DNA from: Anthoceros angustus
Lineage: Eukaryota > Plantae > Anthocerotophyta
DNA: 64,000 bases
Assembly: GCA_010909165.1 (NCBI GenBank)
Contig: VJWM01000126.1
Coordinates: 248,001 to 312,000 of the forward strand
Direction: 5' to 3'
The notes under the pieces were generated by a model that made no database searches, was not told the DNA's origin, and worked only from the letters and a program-made list of their open reading frames with translations. The position numbers and the translations under genes are program-made. This document shows, piece by piece, positions 1-13,104 of the stretch (position 1 is its first letter; every line of letters begins with the position of its first letter).

Positions 1-363
1 CACTCACCACCATGCCCATTGAGTTTGAAGTGCCAAAGAGTCCAAGAGCATAAGAGGATGACGTGGAGGAGAGCCGCTTGGAGAGGCTCATAGGCTTTGT
101 TCAGACATGGAGGACAGGAACAAGCCTTGGCGCCCCCTGTAACGCCCAAGAGAAGAGGAAGGAATGGCATGACCTAAGTCGCAAAACAAGAGTACGTTGT
201 TCCGGGACTTTGCTGTGATGACAGTACATGCACTTCGAAGCTGCATCTTAGATGGATGGGTCCCTACAGTGCCGTAAGTGTTCGACAATGGATCCATACA
301 GCAACTTGATGGATTCTGCTACAACTGTGGTCAATGGTTGGCGTGAAGAAGTATTACCAATAA
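1..363 (+). mobile_element. 3' end of Ty3/gypsy (Athila-like) pol: integrase C-terminal region, frameshifted
   Basis: Broken reading across frames gives ..PIEFEVP..KRKEWHD..LRWMGPY..VFDNGS..LDG..VVNGWR.KKYYQ*, the typical gypsy integrase tail. It is followed by a purine tract GAGAAGGGAG (385-394) and TG at 397. Confidence 0.85.
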
Positions 364-396
364 GTTGGCGGGACGCCAACAAATGAGAAGGGAGTA

Positions 397-2439
397 TGTG
401 GTGACCACATGGGTACGACCCCCGAAAGGAGTGTTTTTTTGTTTTGTGTTTAAGTTGCGAGAATCGTGTGGAGTTGGAATGTGAAGTAGGTTAGGAAATA
501 AAGAAAAGTCTACTAGAGCCTAGTAGGAGGAAGAGAGTCTAGTCCCGATCCCGATGTAACCTGAGGGTTGGTCGCCGTGTTAACGCGGTTGGGGCCGCTA
601 CAGGTCTATATGACCACAACCGACGGAGCCTGCTATGGTAGCAACCAAGTTGGAGTTTCTTTTCGATGACTTCGGAAAATCCAATCGATGGAATCACAAG
701 GAATACCCAAACGGAAGTAACGGGGTCCTATTGGCAATTAAGTCCAGTGGGAAGAGTATTTGCATCGAATCCAGCGGATCGAAGACGGCGCTACCGAATT
801 CGAGCGAATGGGTGGAGGCCGGAGCGAACGCCGGACGGATGCAAGGCGAGGTGTCGCAGTCGATCGGGAAGCCGCCAGCAACGATCAGAGAGACCAAACC
901 GGTTTGGCGGGATTGAGAGCCGTGGAGGAAGCGGAGCGCGCAAACCGGAGGCACACCTTCTGGTGAATGAAGGTCTCAGGAGAACTCAGTGCGGCCCAAT
1001 GGGAGGTAAGGTTCAAGAAATGCTCACCGAGTGGGGAGTAATCGTGCAACTCTGAGAAGGCTAGGCGGCAGCAGAAAGAGAGGAGGAGTCCAGCCGAGGA
1101 GGTGGAGATTTTGTGGAGAGATTGCCCAACCAGCCAAGAGGGGAAGCAAGAGGAGAACATGGGCTAAGGGCCTAGGAGGCCTGTGAGGGATAATAGGGTA
1201 AGTGGCTCAATAGATGAAGGCCCATGTGTTATAGACTTATCTTCCTCATAGTGGATAGAATTAAGAGATAGGCCTCTAGGACCGGTAGGCTAAGACCGAT
1301 TGGTATTTTGGCAAGCCAAGCTACTTTTGTGGGCTGATCTTGGGTATAAGAGGCAGCCCTCTTGATGAAATGTAAGCAATGTTGGTTTAAAGTCTCAGTT
1401 TGAGCACGGGGTTTGGGGGTACTGCATCCAAAGGTTGAGTCTAGAATCGCTCACATGTGAGGAGCCGAGAAGACTACTGTTGCCTAGATCTGTGACCGAT
1501 CCGCAAGAGTGGTGGAAAGCAAGGGAGGGAGCCTGAGGTCTCCTTGGAGGAGTTCCCAAGGATAAGAGGAAGGGGCTGTAGCCGGGAGGCTGTCCATTCC
1601 TCATCATCTCTTCAACTAGTCTAGTACTCACCTTGTGTTTGAGTTTTTCAGGTGTCGGAGGTCATGTGGGAAAAGGAGAAGGCGGGAGCCCGTGTGGGTG
1701 GAAGAGAAGTCAAGTGAGACGGAACCGTGGGGTTTGTATGCTTGGAAAATGTGGAGGAAGAACTGTGAGAGGAGTGGGGAATGTCGATGGAGAGTTGCCG
1801 GATTACGTGGGGAGAGAAGTAAGAGGGATTGAGAAGACGGTGATGTTTCGAAAAAGTGAGATTGAATGAGGCCGTGAGGTGTGAGAACAAGGAGAGGAAG
1901 GTGTGAGGAAACTTGGGGAGTATGGAGAGAGAGGCAAGAGGTACCTGTGGAGCCGTGAGAGCCTGACCAGATGAAGCTTGGGAGGAAAGTCAAAGGTTGG
2001 AGGAAGAAGAGAGATCTGGGAAGCGCACTGCAGTAAGGAGGTGGGTGTGATCGGTAACCCCTGATTGGTGGATCTGAGGGATAGATAAGAGAGGTGTCCA
2101 ATTATCCACTTGGACCCCAAGTGGGTCCCACCTTCTATTAATAACCAGCTCAACCCGAGATGGGCCCCGCCACTGAAAATAGAGGGTGGTTGCTAAGATA
2201 GCAACCGGCCGCTGCTAAGGTAGCAATGCGTGGCTAAGATAGCCATGTGTCCGAGTGTTGTTAGGATAGTAGCCTGTCCAGCTCGCTAGATGTTTTGTAT
2301 GTCCGTGTTTGGTTGGATTGGCTATGTTTTGGTTGTCTTGACATCAAATCACCCCTTGGGTACGAATCTCAAGTCTACAACGATAAAGAGGGTAAATGTG
2401 GCCTCTTTGTGACCACTTGGTTTAGAAAATCACTCCACA
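397..2439 (+). mobile_element. 3' LTR (~2.0 kb) of the Athila-like element
   Basis: Starts TGTGG directly after the PPT and ends CCACA. The last ~110 bp (ttgacatcaaatcaccccttggg...agagggtaaatgtggcctct...ccaca) match the reverse complement of the LTR end at 11716-11860 and 24367-24500. No PBS follows, as expected for a 3' LTR. Confidence 0.75.
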
Positions 2440-2499
2440 GCCTCCTCCACCTTACGATTTGCAGCCTCAATCCTCCTCTTCTCTTTTTCTCCGCCAAAT

Positions 2500-3700
2500 G
2501 CATTCATTTATCCCGCCTTTGTTCAAAGGTGCCCTTCTGTTGTGTAGCAATTTCCCTAGCTTGTTGAGTCGCCATGTACTCTTCACTTGTGAGGACCACA
2601 GGATGTTGGAATGCAACTCTCTCCTGGTTTTGTCCTGGTACCACTACATCTGGTGGACAAGAGTCCATCGCTTGCACAAAACGGTCTCGCGAGGTATTTA
2701 ACAAAGAATTTCAATGCCTCGCTGCTCATAGCCCATATCGCACACTGCTTTTCGCTTCCAAAGAATTCGCACATTATCCGCACGCATGCAATCCAAATTT
2801 AATACATTCCAATCCTGGTTGTGTGTTCCTGTATGTGGATGCACACCTACTATTTCCTGCTCTTGGAGTGACAACTGGACTTGCAAGTTATGCTCATTCA
2901 GTCCTTTCCATGTTTCACACTCCTCCTCAAGAGGTAAATTCGCATCTTCAGATGCAGACAAGCTCACAAGAAGATCTGCAACTTCATCCTCTGACTCCAA
3001 GATTAGAACAACTTCATCCTCTAACTCCACAATTGGAATTGTCTGTGTCCCTGCCCGCAGTAATCGTGAATAGACCCGAGCGCATGTGTATCCGGGGCCC
3101 ATTCTTGCCTGTGAGGAAGAGAAGGTCTATGCTATCCATGGCGCTTGACTAAAAGGCCATATGCCGGTCAAACCCTGACGATATTTTTGCCATGGAAAGA
3201 GTCTGCGACGGCCTTTGACACAAGGTTTCCCAAAATCTCAGGTGGCATCCTGCCTCTGTTCCCATGAGCAGCAGCAAGGTACTCCTCCTTCCTCCTTCGT
3301 AAAGCTTGCTTGAAGGGCTTAAAGACAGCAACATCAAAAGGCTGAAGTGCATGGCTTGTGTGGCTAGGCATGCAAAGTATAATGATTCCCCATTCACGGC
3401 ATAATAGCTAGTACCATCCAGGATAAGGGCCGCAATTCATCTATGAGCAGCAGAAGTTTTGGCCCTGGACCCATTCTCCCTACATGCATTGAAAGTGTTG
3501 CGCCACCAAGAATATTCATGGAGTTATGAAAGCATTCTGTTGTTCCAACTCATGACCCATTCTCGCATATTACGCCGCATGAGGTTTGTGGTTGACAACC
3601 TATTTGTGACTCCTTTGAAAATGTACATTCCTGGCAGGTACGCTCCATGGGCATTTCCACATGCTACATATGTCAAGGATTGCTTTACATCACCGAAGTA
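2500..3700 (-). mobile_element. pogo/Fot1-type (Tc1-mariner superfamily, DDE_1-like) transposase remnant
   Basis: Minus-strand fragments MYIFKG..., LILDG.S, MPSHTSHALQPFDVAVFKPFK (ORF 3168-3371) and a later VLTSEEY. These match the DDE_1 'LP.HTSH.LQP.DV.VF.P.K' motif. Truncated on both sides. Confidence 0.8.
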
Positions 3701-6700
3701 ACCCAGACATCATGACTACCACGAAGCCCAAGCACGATAAGTGCCCCACCGGAGCAGCCAGCGACGGGAGGCCAGGATCGGAGTTGGCGCTCCGCATCTG
3801 GCCAGCTGCCAGCCCAACAACAACGACGGGTCGCACCGACGGGACCCGCCGAACCAAAGAGGCAAAAGACGGCGCATCATTAACGCAAGACTTTGCTAGC
3901 ACTCCGTGGCCTTGCCCCGCACGGAGTGGCAAGAAGCGGAGGAGGCAGTACGAAGGGCAGAACGGGACGTTGCCCAAGGAGTGGGAGGTCACTGGCAGCA
4001 GCTCACCCGAGTCTGCCCCTGCCTCCCGCTGTGGAAGGGGCAAAGGGCTGAAGCCCGACTCCTTCACCACCTCCAAGCCCTGTGGAGGAAAAGTGAGGAA
4101 GGGAGCAAAGTGGCCAAGAGGGCTAAGGAAGGTGAGGCTCCCGGACTGACGGCTTTTCAGGACCTAAGGGTCCTCTGGATTAGGTTCAGAGAGCTCAACC
4201 CGGGTGGGACTCGGCCTCGGGACGCTGTGATATGGAAGATCCTTCGACGGACTGGAGATGCCCTGCGCCCATGTGTGAGACTTCTGGCATCTCCCCGGTG
4301 GCCCGTGGAAGAACAAGGCTGAAGCCTCGCCACAAATGGCCATGGATCAGATGCTTTGGGGTCTCTACGAACAAATAAGAAGACCCAAGAAGTGGAAAGG
4401 CCACCCTTTGTGAGGAACTAATGGTGGAGCCTGGGGCAATGTGTAAAAGCGCCCGTGATCAGAAGGCGCAGAGACCCTCGCCGGATCGAGGAAGCGGAAA
4501 CGCTTGTCCAGGCGGGATGCGTGAGGTCCTGGACGGTCAAAGCCGAGCCGGACCTCAAGGGCCCTTCAGCCAAGGAATAGCCGGTGCATGTGCAGAGGAG
4601 GCCCAAGCAGACCTGCTGAAGACCTCCCGTGGAGGAGGAGGGTAGCGCTTGAGGCGGAGGAGGGCCCAGCTGCAGCGCAGAAGGCCCGCGACCGGGCCGA
4701 GGCGGCCCTTGTACCGGACTGCCACTCGTCATGAGGCTCAAAAGCGGTGAGGGAGGCGGTTAGCTGTGCGCTTAAAGTCCGGACCGGGATCACTATCAGC
4801 GCTGTTGAAATCGATTGGAGGAGATTTACGCAGTAATAGACCGCGCAACCTGAAGGCGGAGTGAGGCGGTGCAGAGCAAGCAGTGCGTGAGCAGTCTGGG
4901 CCAGCAAGGGAGGAAGGAGACCCGCTTGATAAGTAGGATGGAGGACTCTCCTCAGGGCCACGGCGCGAGGCAGCAACGGTAGCCGGGAGATCGGAAGACC
5001 GCAGGAGATTTTGGAGCCGCAGCCCAAGTTACAATTAGCGGAGCTTTTAACGGATGCTCAGGGCGTGATCGCCGGATCACAGGCGGTGAGATAGAGCGCT
5101 CACCGGCTCACTGGCAGACGAGAGAGGAGGTGAGGCGATGGAACAATGAGCAGGCCGGGCGTCTCACTTGAAATGGAGAAGGACCCCGATCAGGCACGAA
5201 GCCATGGCAAAGCAGGTTAAAGGTTCGACCTGCCTGTCTGAGAGGGAGATCGTATGGCTGAACAAGGCCGTGATGAGCAAGGGAGGCTGGAAGAAAAGCA
5301 CTGGACGCCAGTAGCTTCGGGCCGTCCACGGCGAAGCGGAAGGGGAGGCAGCTGCTATGGTAGAGTAAAACATTTGTGCATGAGCGAAACGACGTGAGCC
5401 GGAGTGCGGTGAGCAACAGCCGGTTCTGGGTTGCAGGAGGTGAAAGCACCGTGAGGGCTTCCTTTATGCTAACCTCGCCGAGATTCGGGCCCTGGCCCAC
5501 CACAAACTCGGGCAGATGGTCCAAAGAATCAGTTTGACTGACGCACGCTCAAATTTCCTGAGCACCTATGGCCCGAAAGGAGACGGTGCCCGCATTATGC
5601 GGAAGAGGTAATCCATGTGGAAGGGGCAATCGACCGATTATTTCGGATTTTGCCCATTACTTACGCACTTTACTCCTTAAGGCATTGGAAGCCAATACCA
5701 GCTATAAGCGGACCCCGAGGCTCGGACTCCCTAAGGTCTGAGGGAGTGGAGGGGACAAAGTACATAGGGGGATGCCACGGGACCTTGGCATGGCTGCTTT
5801 GTTTGACGATGCGGGGAAGAAGAGCCCTTTCAGAGGGCGGAGTGTGACGCTACAATACAAGCGGACCTCGGGGTAAGCCAACTGCAACCCGCCTTTGTCA
5901 GGAGGATAGAGATGGGGCCTGGAAGGGGCGAGGAAGGAGGAAACCAACCCGACCCAAGACAAGGGCCGATGGCGGTGAGGATGAGGCCCAGCAAAGAGGT
6001 GGTTTCCATGGAATACAAGGGTCAGTCCCGAGCTTGGGGACCGGACCACAGTAATAAGTATGGACCCCGAGGTGGGACCGAACCCCGTCAGATGAGACCG
6101 AGACCTGCTGAGACCTGAGGACCACTGGAAATAAGGCCGACTCACGTTCAGACTTCGGGAGGTCGAGTCGAGCCGGACCCCGAGGTCCGGACTCAGAAGC
6201 GAGGAGGAGTCCCTCCAACTTACGCCGGGGAGGCAACAATGGGTGGTGACCCTACCTGAGGAGGACCCACTCGGGGCAGCTGTGGAGGAAGATGTTGTAG
6301 TAACCCGCGGCCGCCGTGAATCACGGCCGAGCTCCAACCCGATGCGGATTCCTTTGTGAAGGAAGAGAGGGGCCTCTACTTCTCGCGATCATCCGATTAG
6401 ATGCGCCCTTAATCGCTGTGATTTGGGATTGGGGCCACAGCCAGAGAAACCAACCTTCCGTAGGACCTCCCCGCGCGGTGCCTGGCATCACGTCACGCAC
6501 TGAGATAGTGAGGAAGGAATAGGGGGCGGTGGCGGCCGATAGGGCATCTCGAAATGGGCCACCGGCTCGGAATAAGGAGTGTAATAAGGCCACTTGGGCG
6601 TGAGTAAGAGGGCCGAGGCTACTCCTAAGTAAAGCATCTTTCCTTGGTGTTGAAGTCAAGGCCTTTCCTTTGTGCTCTTTGTCTTCTTGCTAACGTGAGT

Positions 6701-7613
6701 CCCACAGTCAACTGAGCGGGGCACGACAACCGGAGGGATCGATCGAGGTCTGGTGTGAGCACTTAATTCTAATGTGTGGTGGTGTGTGTGGGGAAGAGCG
6801 ACCAAGGGACCTGTTTGCGTCGGGCGGTGACCCGGTGCCCCAGCTGGCCGAACGGTGGACCGGACGTGGAGGGCCTGGGAGGAACTCCGGAGGCGGAAGT
6901 GAGTCTCCGGACCGGGGAGAGGCCTCGTGCTTGAGCGATTTGAGTGAGGGTCCCGGACTGCAGCCACCCGCTTTTTTCAAGGTTGATATGTAGTGGGAGT
7001 GGTGGAGAGGAACGAACTAGCGGAATGAGTGACGAAAGCAGTGGCGATACTTGACGCCAGACGGACGTCCTTAAACGCGTTACACCGGCCACAGGAATTT
7101 GTGAACAGTGGGGTCAAGAAGGAAATGATGAAATGTGTGTGTGAAGGCTGAAACGCCACTAAGTACCTTCGGTGTGAGAAGCAGTGATTGAAAATCGCGG
7201 GCAAACGGAGCCTCATCATTCCTCTTGGGAACTACCTTACTACATACGGCGACGGATGTGTGGACAGGGGGATTGTTACCGGCCCGGGCCGCGTCGAAAG
7301 TCGCGCCACAAAAGGCATAAGGATCCGGGTGGCGAGCTGGCGTGAGCCCCGGCGTGAGCTGCAGACTGGACCGAACTCCCGAGTAGGCGCTGGGAGTCGG
7401 GCCGACCGAACTCGAGGAGTAAGGCGGGGTGAGTCCGGGCCCAGACCGACAAACTGTGAGTAGGCCATGCGAGCTAAGTCCACCGGAAAAGAGAACTTCG
7501 GAAAGGGGTGGAGCGCGATTACAAAGGGGGCCACGTGAGTCTTGCGGCCGAAGGAGAATTCGGCATGCAGCGATGCAGACCCGAGACTTAGAGGTTATCG
7601 ATGGTCATATTAC
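3700..7613 (+). mobile_element. Unclassified repeat-family copy with degenerate charged/coiled-coil ORF pieces and a possible PPT plus short LTR (~7252-7613)
   Basis: 6540-7250 is homologous to 37480-38110 (shared aaagcatcttt, gctaacg.gagt, cactgagcggg, gtccttaaacg, atcattcctc). acagggggat followed by tgttacc resembles a PPT/LTR junction. No RT or integrase motif seen. Confidence 0.45.
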
Positions 7614-9859
7614 AGGGTGGGCGAGTAAAAAAATTACGACCCAAGTACATGGCGCCTGTAGCGGTGACGTAAGTGACTAAATGTGATACTAGAGACTAAG
7701 CGGCGCAGTTATCGCGCTGGTGGCATGAAAGAAGGACGCCTCCCGCCTCTGCCATTTCCACTTCAACCCTGTTGGACGCCTGAGAAGGCCATTCTCTCAC
7801 CGGTTTCAGCTTCTCGGCAGTTTAGTTTCACGGCACACTGGCGCGCAGCATCCCGCTCTCTAGCGCTTATCTCTTCCACGGCGCTCAACAAGGCTAATAC
7901 GAGCGGCCATCTCCCCGGCCCGGCCCACGCCTCAATGCAGCGGAGCGAGCGGAGAGCATTATTGCCCACCACCTCCCGCAACATACCAACCGGCTGCAAG
8001 TAGTATGGGACCAAGAAGGAGGTGCGGAGGGAGTCCTGGCCCGCGCCTAGTGGAAAGAATATCATTATCCTTGGCGCTACTCTAAATTCTGGACCTTGGG
8101 TTTGGAGGAGGCGGGCTGAGCTGCGGGGCCCGGCACACAGACATCTTCGGTGTGGACTTTTGGCCAGTAACGGCGGGTCGGGAATGCGCCCGGAAGATGC
8201 CGGGCGGCGCACCAACCAAAACCGTCGCTGGCCCGGGTCATGAGCGGGGAGGACCCGAGGAGATGAGCCCGTGGAAGTCCTGCCGTGATCTAAAATGTCG
8301 GCCCGGTGGAAGAGAGATTGGGGCCGTAATTGACTGCCTTAAGCGTAAAAGTGGAAGGTGGAAACCCCAGGCGTACCTAAGCGGGCGCTTTTGAGCCGAG
8401 GGGCCTTGACGGTCCTCAAGCGGATAACTGATCGGGCGTTGGGACCCTAATTGGACCCGGCGGGTGAGAAGCTGATGCGGGCGAGAATCAGCCGTGCCTT
8501 TGGAACATACTCACCCATGTGGGCCACCTTGGTGTGATTTCAACATAATTCTCTCCCACGTACCTGCCCAGAGAGAGAAGAGAGCGGACTAGGGAAGGAT
8601 CATCTTCTCCCGGATTAGCCGGAGGCCGTGAGCCGCTATGAGCCGCCGCCTCAAGTCATTGTCTCCATTTATTGTCCACGTTTGGGGACACCTCAACCTC
8701 CTGAAGGAAGGAGAGGAAGAGCGAGCACTCCGGAAAGGGTTGGTTACCACTCTTGAGATTTTAGCCGGAGGCGAGGCTTGGGCCTGTGAGGCCAGGAAGG
8801 ATGCCCACAGCCAGGCGGAGCCGGGGAAGGCAGAAGATTGGGAAGGCATTAGGACGATCCATCAGTGGCGGACCCCCACTTGTAGGGGAAGTATGGGAAG
8901 GAATTCCCGCTTCCCCCTCCTTTTAGTCCCTCCACCACAATACCCCTATCCGCACGAGGAGAACCATGTGACAGTGAGTCGCCGCTACTGCACTGGAAAT
9001 GGCACGCCGCGGACCGGCCCGTGTTGAAAGTCTCACAGGCCTGGGACTCAGGAGGAGGCAAAGAAGGCAGCCCCACCATACCGCCTCATAACCGCTCCAA
9101 GGTCGTCTCGGTGCCCTGCCTTGCAACTGGAGGAGTGGCAGAGGTCAAGCCGAAGCGTGTGTAGAAGCGCCCAGGCGAGGCTTGGGATCATCGGCAACCG
9201 AGGCGGGGAGGTCTTCCGAGCAGCTGGTATCTATCAAGGCAGACTTCCCTATGCACCCAGGCCGAGCGAGGCGAGCTTGACTCGGACCTCCTTCACATAC
9301 TCAGGACCCCATGCGTGAGTGTGTTGTGACTTTGTTCACGATGGCGGTAGGCAGCACCACAATCCTGTGTCGTTATGGAAGGAAAGTCTGGTTCCCAAAG
9401 GGAATGGTCCTTTCGCATGTAATACTGCTGAGCTCCTGACTGCTCCTTTGAAACGGACTTTATCATGGGGTTGGGTCCGTGACTCCACAACCCTAAGTGT
9501 GTGCCCTCCACTGACTAAATCCTCTAGTCGGACCGGTGGCCTTGACGCGTGCCGGACCTTCACAAACCCCAGCCGGATTTCTGCCTAAGAGTGAGTTTTA
9601 ACGACGCGTTCCTTCGATCTCATTACTCTAGCGCCCTGGTAGCTCCTCCCTCACACCTGTCCATTACAACTCCACCCTCTGTAACACACACTGCAGTAAC
9701 CGACCCTTCTCCCTTATCCATTTCCGACTATTAGTCACTGACACCAACACGCCGATGTATTCACACCGGAGGGCCGCCTTTGCCCCTTCCAGGGCCGCTT
9801 CCGCGTTCATGCCCGAGAATGGCAGCTTTCCGTAGCTACAACGCTACAACCATTGCCGT

Positions 9860-11170
9860 TTCCAATGATGACCTCCAAGGGTGGCTTTCCATGACAGTCC
9901 ACCCCAAGCGCCTCTAATCCCCTCCCGGTGCTTCACTGCGGAGAAGGCTAGCTTCAGCGGCTGCATCCCGGCCACAGCCTCGTTCAGTTCGGCCTCAAGG
10001 ATGGCTTCCGTGTAGACAGTCACCCCCAAAGCGCCTCTAATCCCCTCAGGGCTGCCCGCTTCCATTACCCGGAGAGCTCGGCGCATCTCACCAGCACGCA
10101 TCTCCAGTTCAAACTGGCCTCCAAGGATTCCGGCTTACACTTGTGATCGCCCCAACCTTGTGAGTGCCTTTAAGCGCCTCCTAATCCCCTCTCGGCTTCC
10201 ACTTCACTGTTCATGGAGGTGACAGCGACTACATCCCACGACCTCAGTTTCAGTGACCTCCAAGGCCTCAAGTTAGTCTCGCACAGAGAAATCACCCGCG
10301 AGCACCTCCCGGGCTCAGGGTCCAGGCCAAGTCTGCACCATCAAGCGTGTTAGGCAGAACTCGTCACTTGAGCTCCCAAACACATCCTCTACCACCAATT
10401 AATCACGGCTGCCGCGGTGGCCGGGGAGACTCACTCCGCTCTCCCGAACCACGGAAGGCAAGAGCACAGGCTGTGAATGTCGCCAAGATGGTGCAAGGAT
10501 AAGGGCGCGTCTTGGGCGCGAGGCCTTCCCCTACTCCCATACCCCCATACCTAACTAACCCGCTATGTATGTATCCTAACCGCCACCACTATGTATATAT
10601 ACCCCTAACCACAGAGTGCATGGTAATGCTTAGCGGGCGTAGCTCATCGCTACTTGGCGGACTTCTTACCAGCTGCTTCCCATGTATTAAGATCCAGTAG
10701 ATCCAGCGATGCCCACCGGCCCTAACCACCCGGAGCGGACCACTCAGCCGGGACGGACCTCAAGCGACCACTCTCAGCCGGACCTCTCAGGGCAGACCCT
10801 CCTCCCATCGGACCTCGCCCGGCAGACCACTCCTCGGACCACGCCAGTTCACGACCACTCCGGCCAGACCCCTCGCGCCCAGACGGACTACTCCACTCGG
10901 ACCTACACAGCCCTATGGAGCGAGACCACCCGTCAGACCCCTCGCCTAGCAGAGACAGACCACACTCCGTCGGACTCGCCCGGACGGGCCAGACCCCTCG
11001 ATGGCATCCTCCAGCGGACCAGGGTCTAGGATTGCCCCTTAAAGGTACAATACGGCCGAAATAGCCTTATTGGCTAACTCCTCCTATCCCTCTCTTAAAC
11101 GATTCTTGACCCAAAAAAAGCAAAAACAAAGCAGCCAGAATGCGGACGCGGACGGAGCGGTTTGGCACTC
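9860..11170 (-). mobile_element. Inverted copy of the unclassified repeat family, with a ~125-bp x3 repeat and a degenerate ~29-bp minisatellite
   Basis: The reverse complement matches 35600-36510 (ggagttagccaataaggc.att; gagctca.gtgacgag; gaggtgctcg.gggtgatttc; ggaagccatcct). Unit cctctaatcccct recurs at ~9911, ~10035 and ~10180. Confidence 0.6.
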
Positions 11171-11715
11171 CAGTGGGCGGATGGTGGCGAGCTACTACAG
11201 CCAAGAGGCCAAGGAGGTGAGAGGCTCCGGACGGAATAGGATAGTTGACCTAAGGGTCACAGTTAGGTCAAGGAGCTTCTAGTGCAGGTAGACCCAGGCA
11301 AATAATAGTGCAGCGGTCCCATGAACCGGGGAGATGCCTGCATGTACTCGGCGGACTTCTGGGTACCTCTCCCGAGGAGCCATTGGAAGAAACATGGCGC
11401 GGTTCTCGTGACTGTTCACAAATGGGGCTCTGCAGGGGGGCGAGAAGACCCGGGGCTGAGAGGTGGAGGCCATACGGAGAAGGCGGATGGTGGAGCTTCA
11501 AGGCCCGGTGGAGGCTGGCCAGCGCTAAAGGAAGGCGGAGTCCTTGCCGGGGGTCGAGCCAGGCGCCGAGCAGCGGTAGAATCGGGAGGCAGTCGGCCAG
11601 TAGCAGGACCCGGGCTAACTGAGTGCTCCAGCTATGTGAGCAATTGCGGTGAAGCACTTACGAGGGAGGTGTAAGCGAGGCGGATATGACGCAAAGATGG
11701 GTTTTCGAAGATTAA

Positions 11716-13100
11716 TGTGGAATGGGTTTTTGCATTGATGCGACGCAAGAGGCCATATTTACCCTCTATGTCGTTACAGTCCTAGGATTGATCCCAAGGG
11801 AATGGTTTTGTGTCAAGATGTTCCAAACTATGGATTTAGTCCTCCTACAATCGGGTTCCTACCCGACCATAATCAACTATCGTGTCGGAGTCCTACGCGA
11901 CGCAGGGTTCGGCCACCGCGGTGGATTCCGCCACGCGTGGTGATTCGCCACCGCCGTCAGGATTCCGCCACCGCTGTGGTGGATTCCCACACGTGGTGGA
12001 TTCCGCCACCGCCGCGGTGGACCCGCCACCGCCGTGGTGGATTCTGCCACCGCTGCAGGGATTCCGCCACCGCTGGTGGATTCCGCCACCGGTGGCTGAT
12101 CAACCCTGTGGTGGGACCCACCCGACCAGACGGCATGCGCCGCTACCGCGATCATTTTGGCACTTGCCCTCGCTACGCTCGTTAAGGGCTATGGTCCTAT
12201 GCACACACACGTACACCAAGTCACACTCATGTAGATTCACACCCAGCTCATCGGTGGATGCACACACCATGGCCACGCCGCGGCACCTCACTCCGTCGGC
12301 GGTCACCGATTTCCTCCGACCCACAATTTATTCCCAACCTTCCTCGATTCGCGTTCCGACTCTCGCGCCACCACTTCCTAGACTCTCCTTCACACAACCA
12401 CTCACTCACCCCCACAGGACCCCTCCTTGGGTCACCACAGACCTCCTCACCACACAGGACCTCCTTGGGCCACATGGACCCCTCCTTGGGCCACACAGGA
12501 CCCCTCCTTGGGCCACAGACCCCTCCTTGGGCCACACAGACCCCTCCTTGGGCCACACAGACCTCCTTGGGATTAGACACAATCTGGTTAGACAGTTGCG
12601 GGTTGAAAGGAAAACAGTCGGTTGGCTCCATGCGATTCGCACACCAGCGATCTCACCCGGTCCCTAGCAGAATTTCTCCTCCGGCATGCATTGAGACACC
12701 CTTCACCACTAGTCACCCCCGCGAGCTTGGTCACTCACCGACCATCCAGGATCTCCCGGCCCTCTTGTGAGACAAGATAATCAATCACCGCCATCGACCC
12801 ATTACGTGTCCAACCAACCACGCTACACTCAAATTGTCTACGAGAGAGGCCTTGAAGGGGTCTCTTATTGTACATGCAGCATGCGCTCATAGCTCACTTT
12901 CCCGGTCTAAAGATGACTAACCTACCTCCGGTGTCTAAAGATGGCTAACCTACACGAGCGCCTACCAAGGTCGGGTATCTACAGTTCCTGTGCCTCCTAG
13001 CACCTTATCCTCTAATCCAAGTGAAAGCCACGACCTGTGATGCCACTCCTCCTAAAAATCGCGCCCCGCCTTTGCCCCTAACCTCGGACCCATGGGTGTT
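11716..13100 (-). repeat. 3' LTR of the nested Athila-like element
   Basis: Aligns with 24367-25500 plus 32355-32777 (tgtggaatgggtttttgcat ... caccc ttcaccactagtcacccc ... cccatgggtgtt). Contains ccgccaccgccgtggtggatt and gggccacacagacccctcctt minisatellites. Confidence 0.85.
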
Positions 13101-13104
13101 TGTT

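Noticed and set aside
8400-10140. Possible CRE/R2-like non-LTR reverse transcriptase remnant on the minus strand
   Set aside because: The suggestive peptide (RAGEMRRALRV) lies in a ~125-bp tandem repeat, and no convincing QGDPL or YxDD motif can be read.
10633-10680. tRNA-like start gcgggcgtagctca
   Set aside because: No anticodon arm, T-loop or acceptor 3' strand; part of a repeat family.
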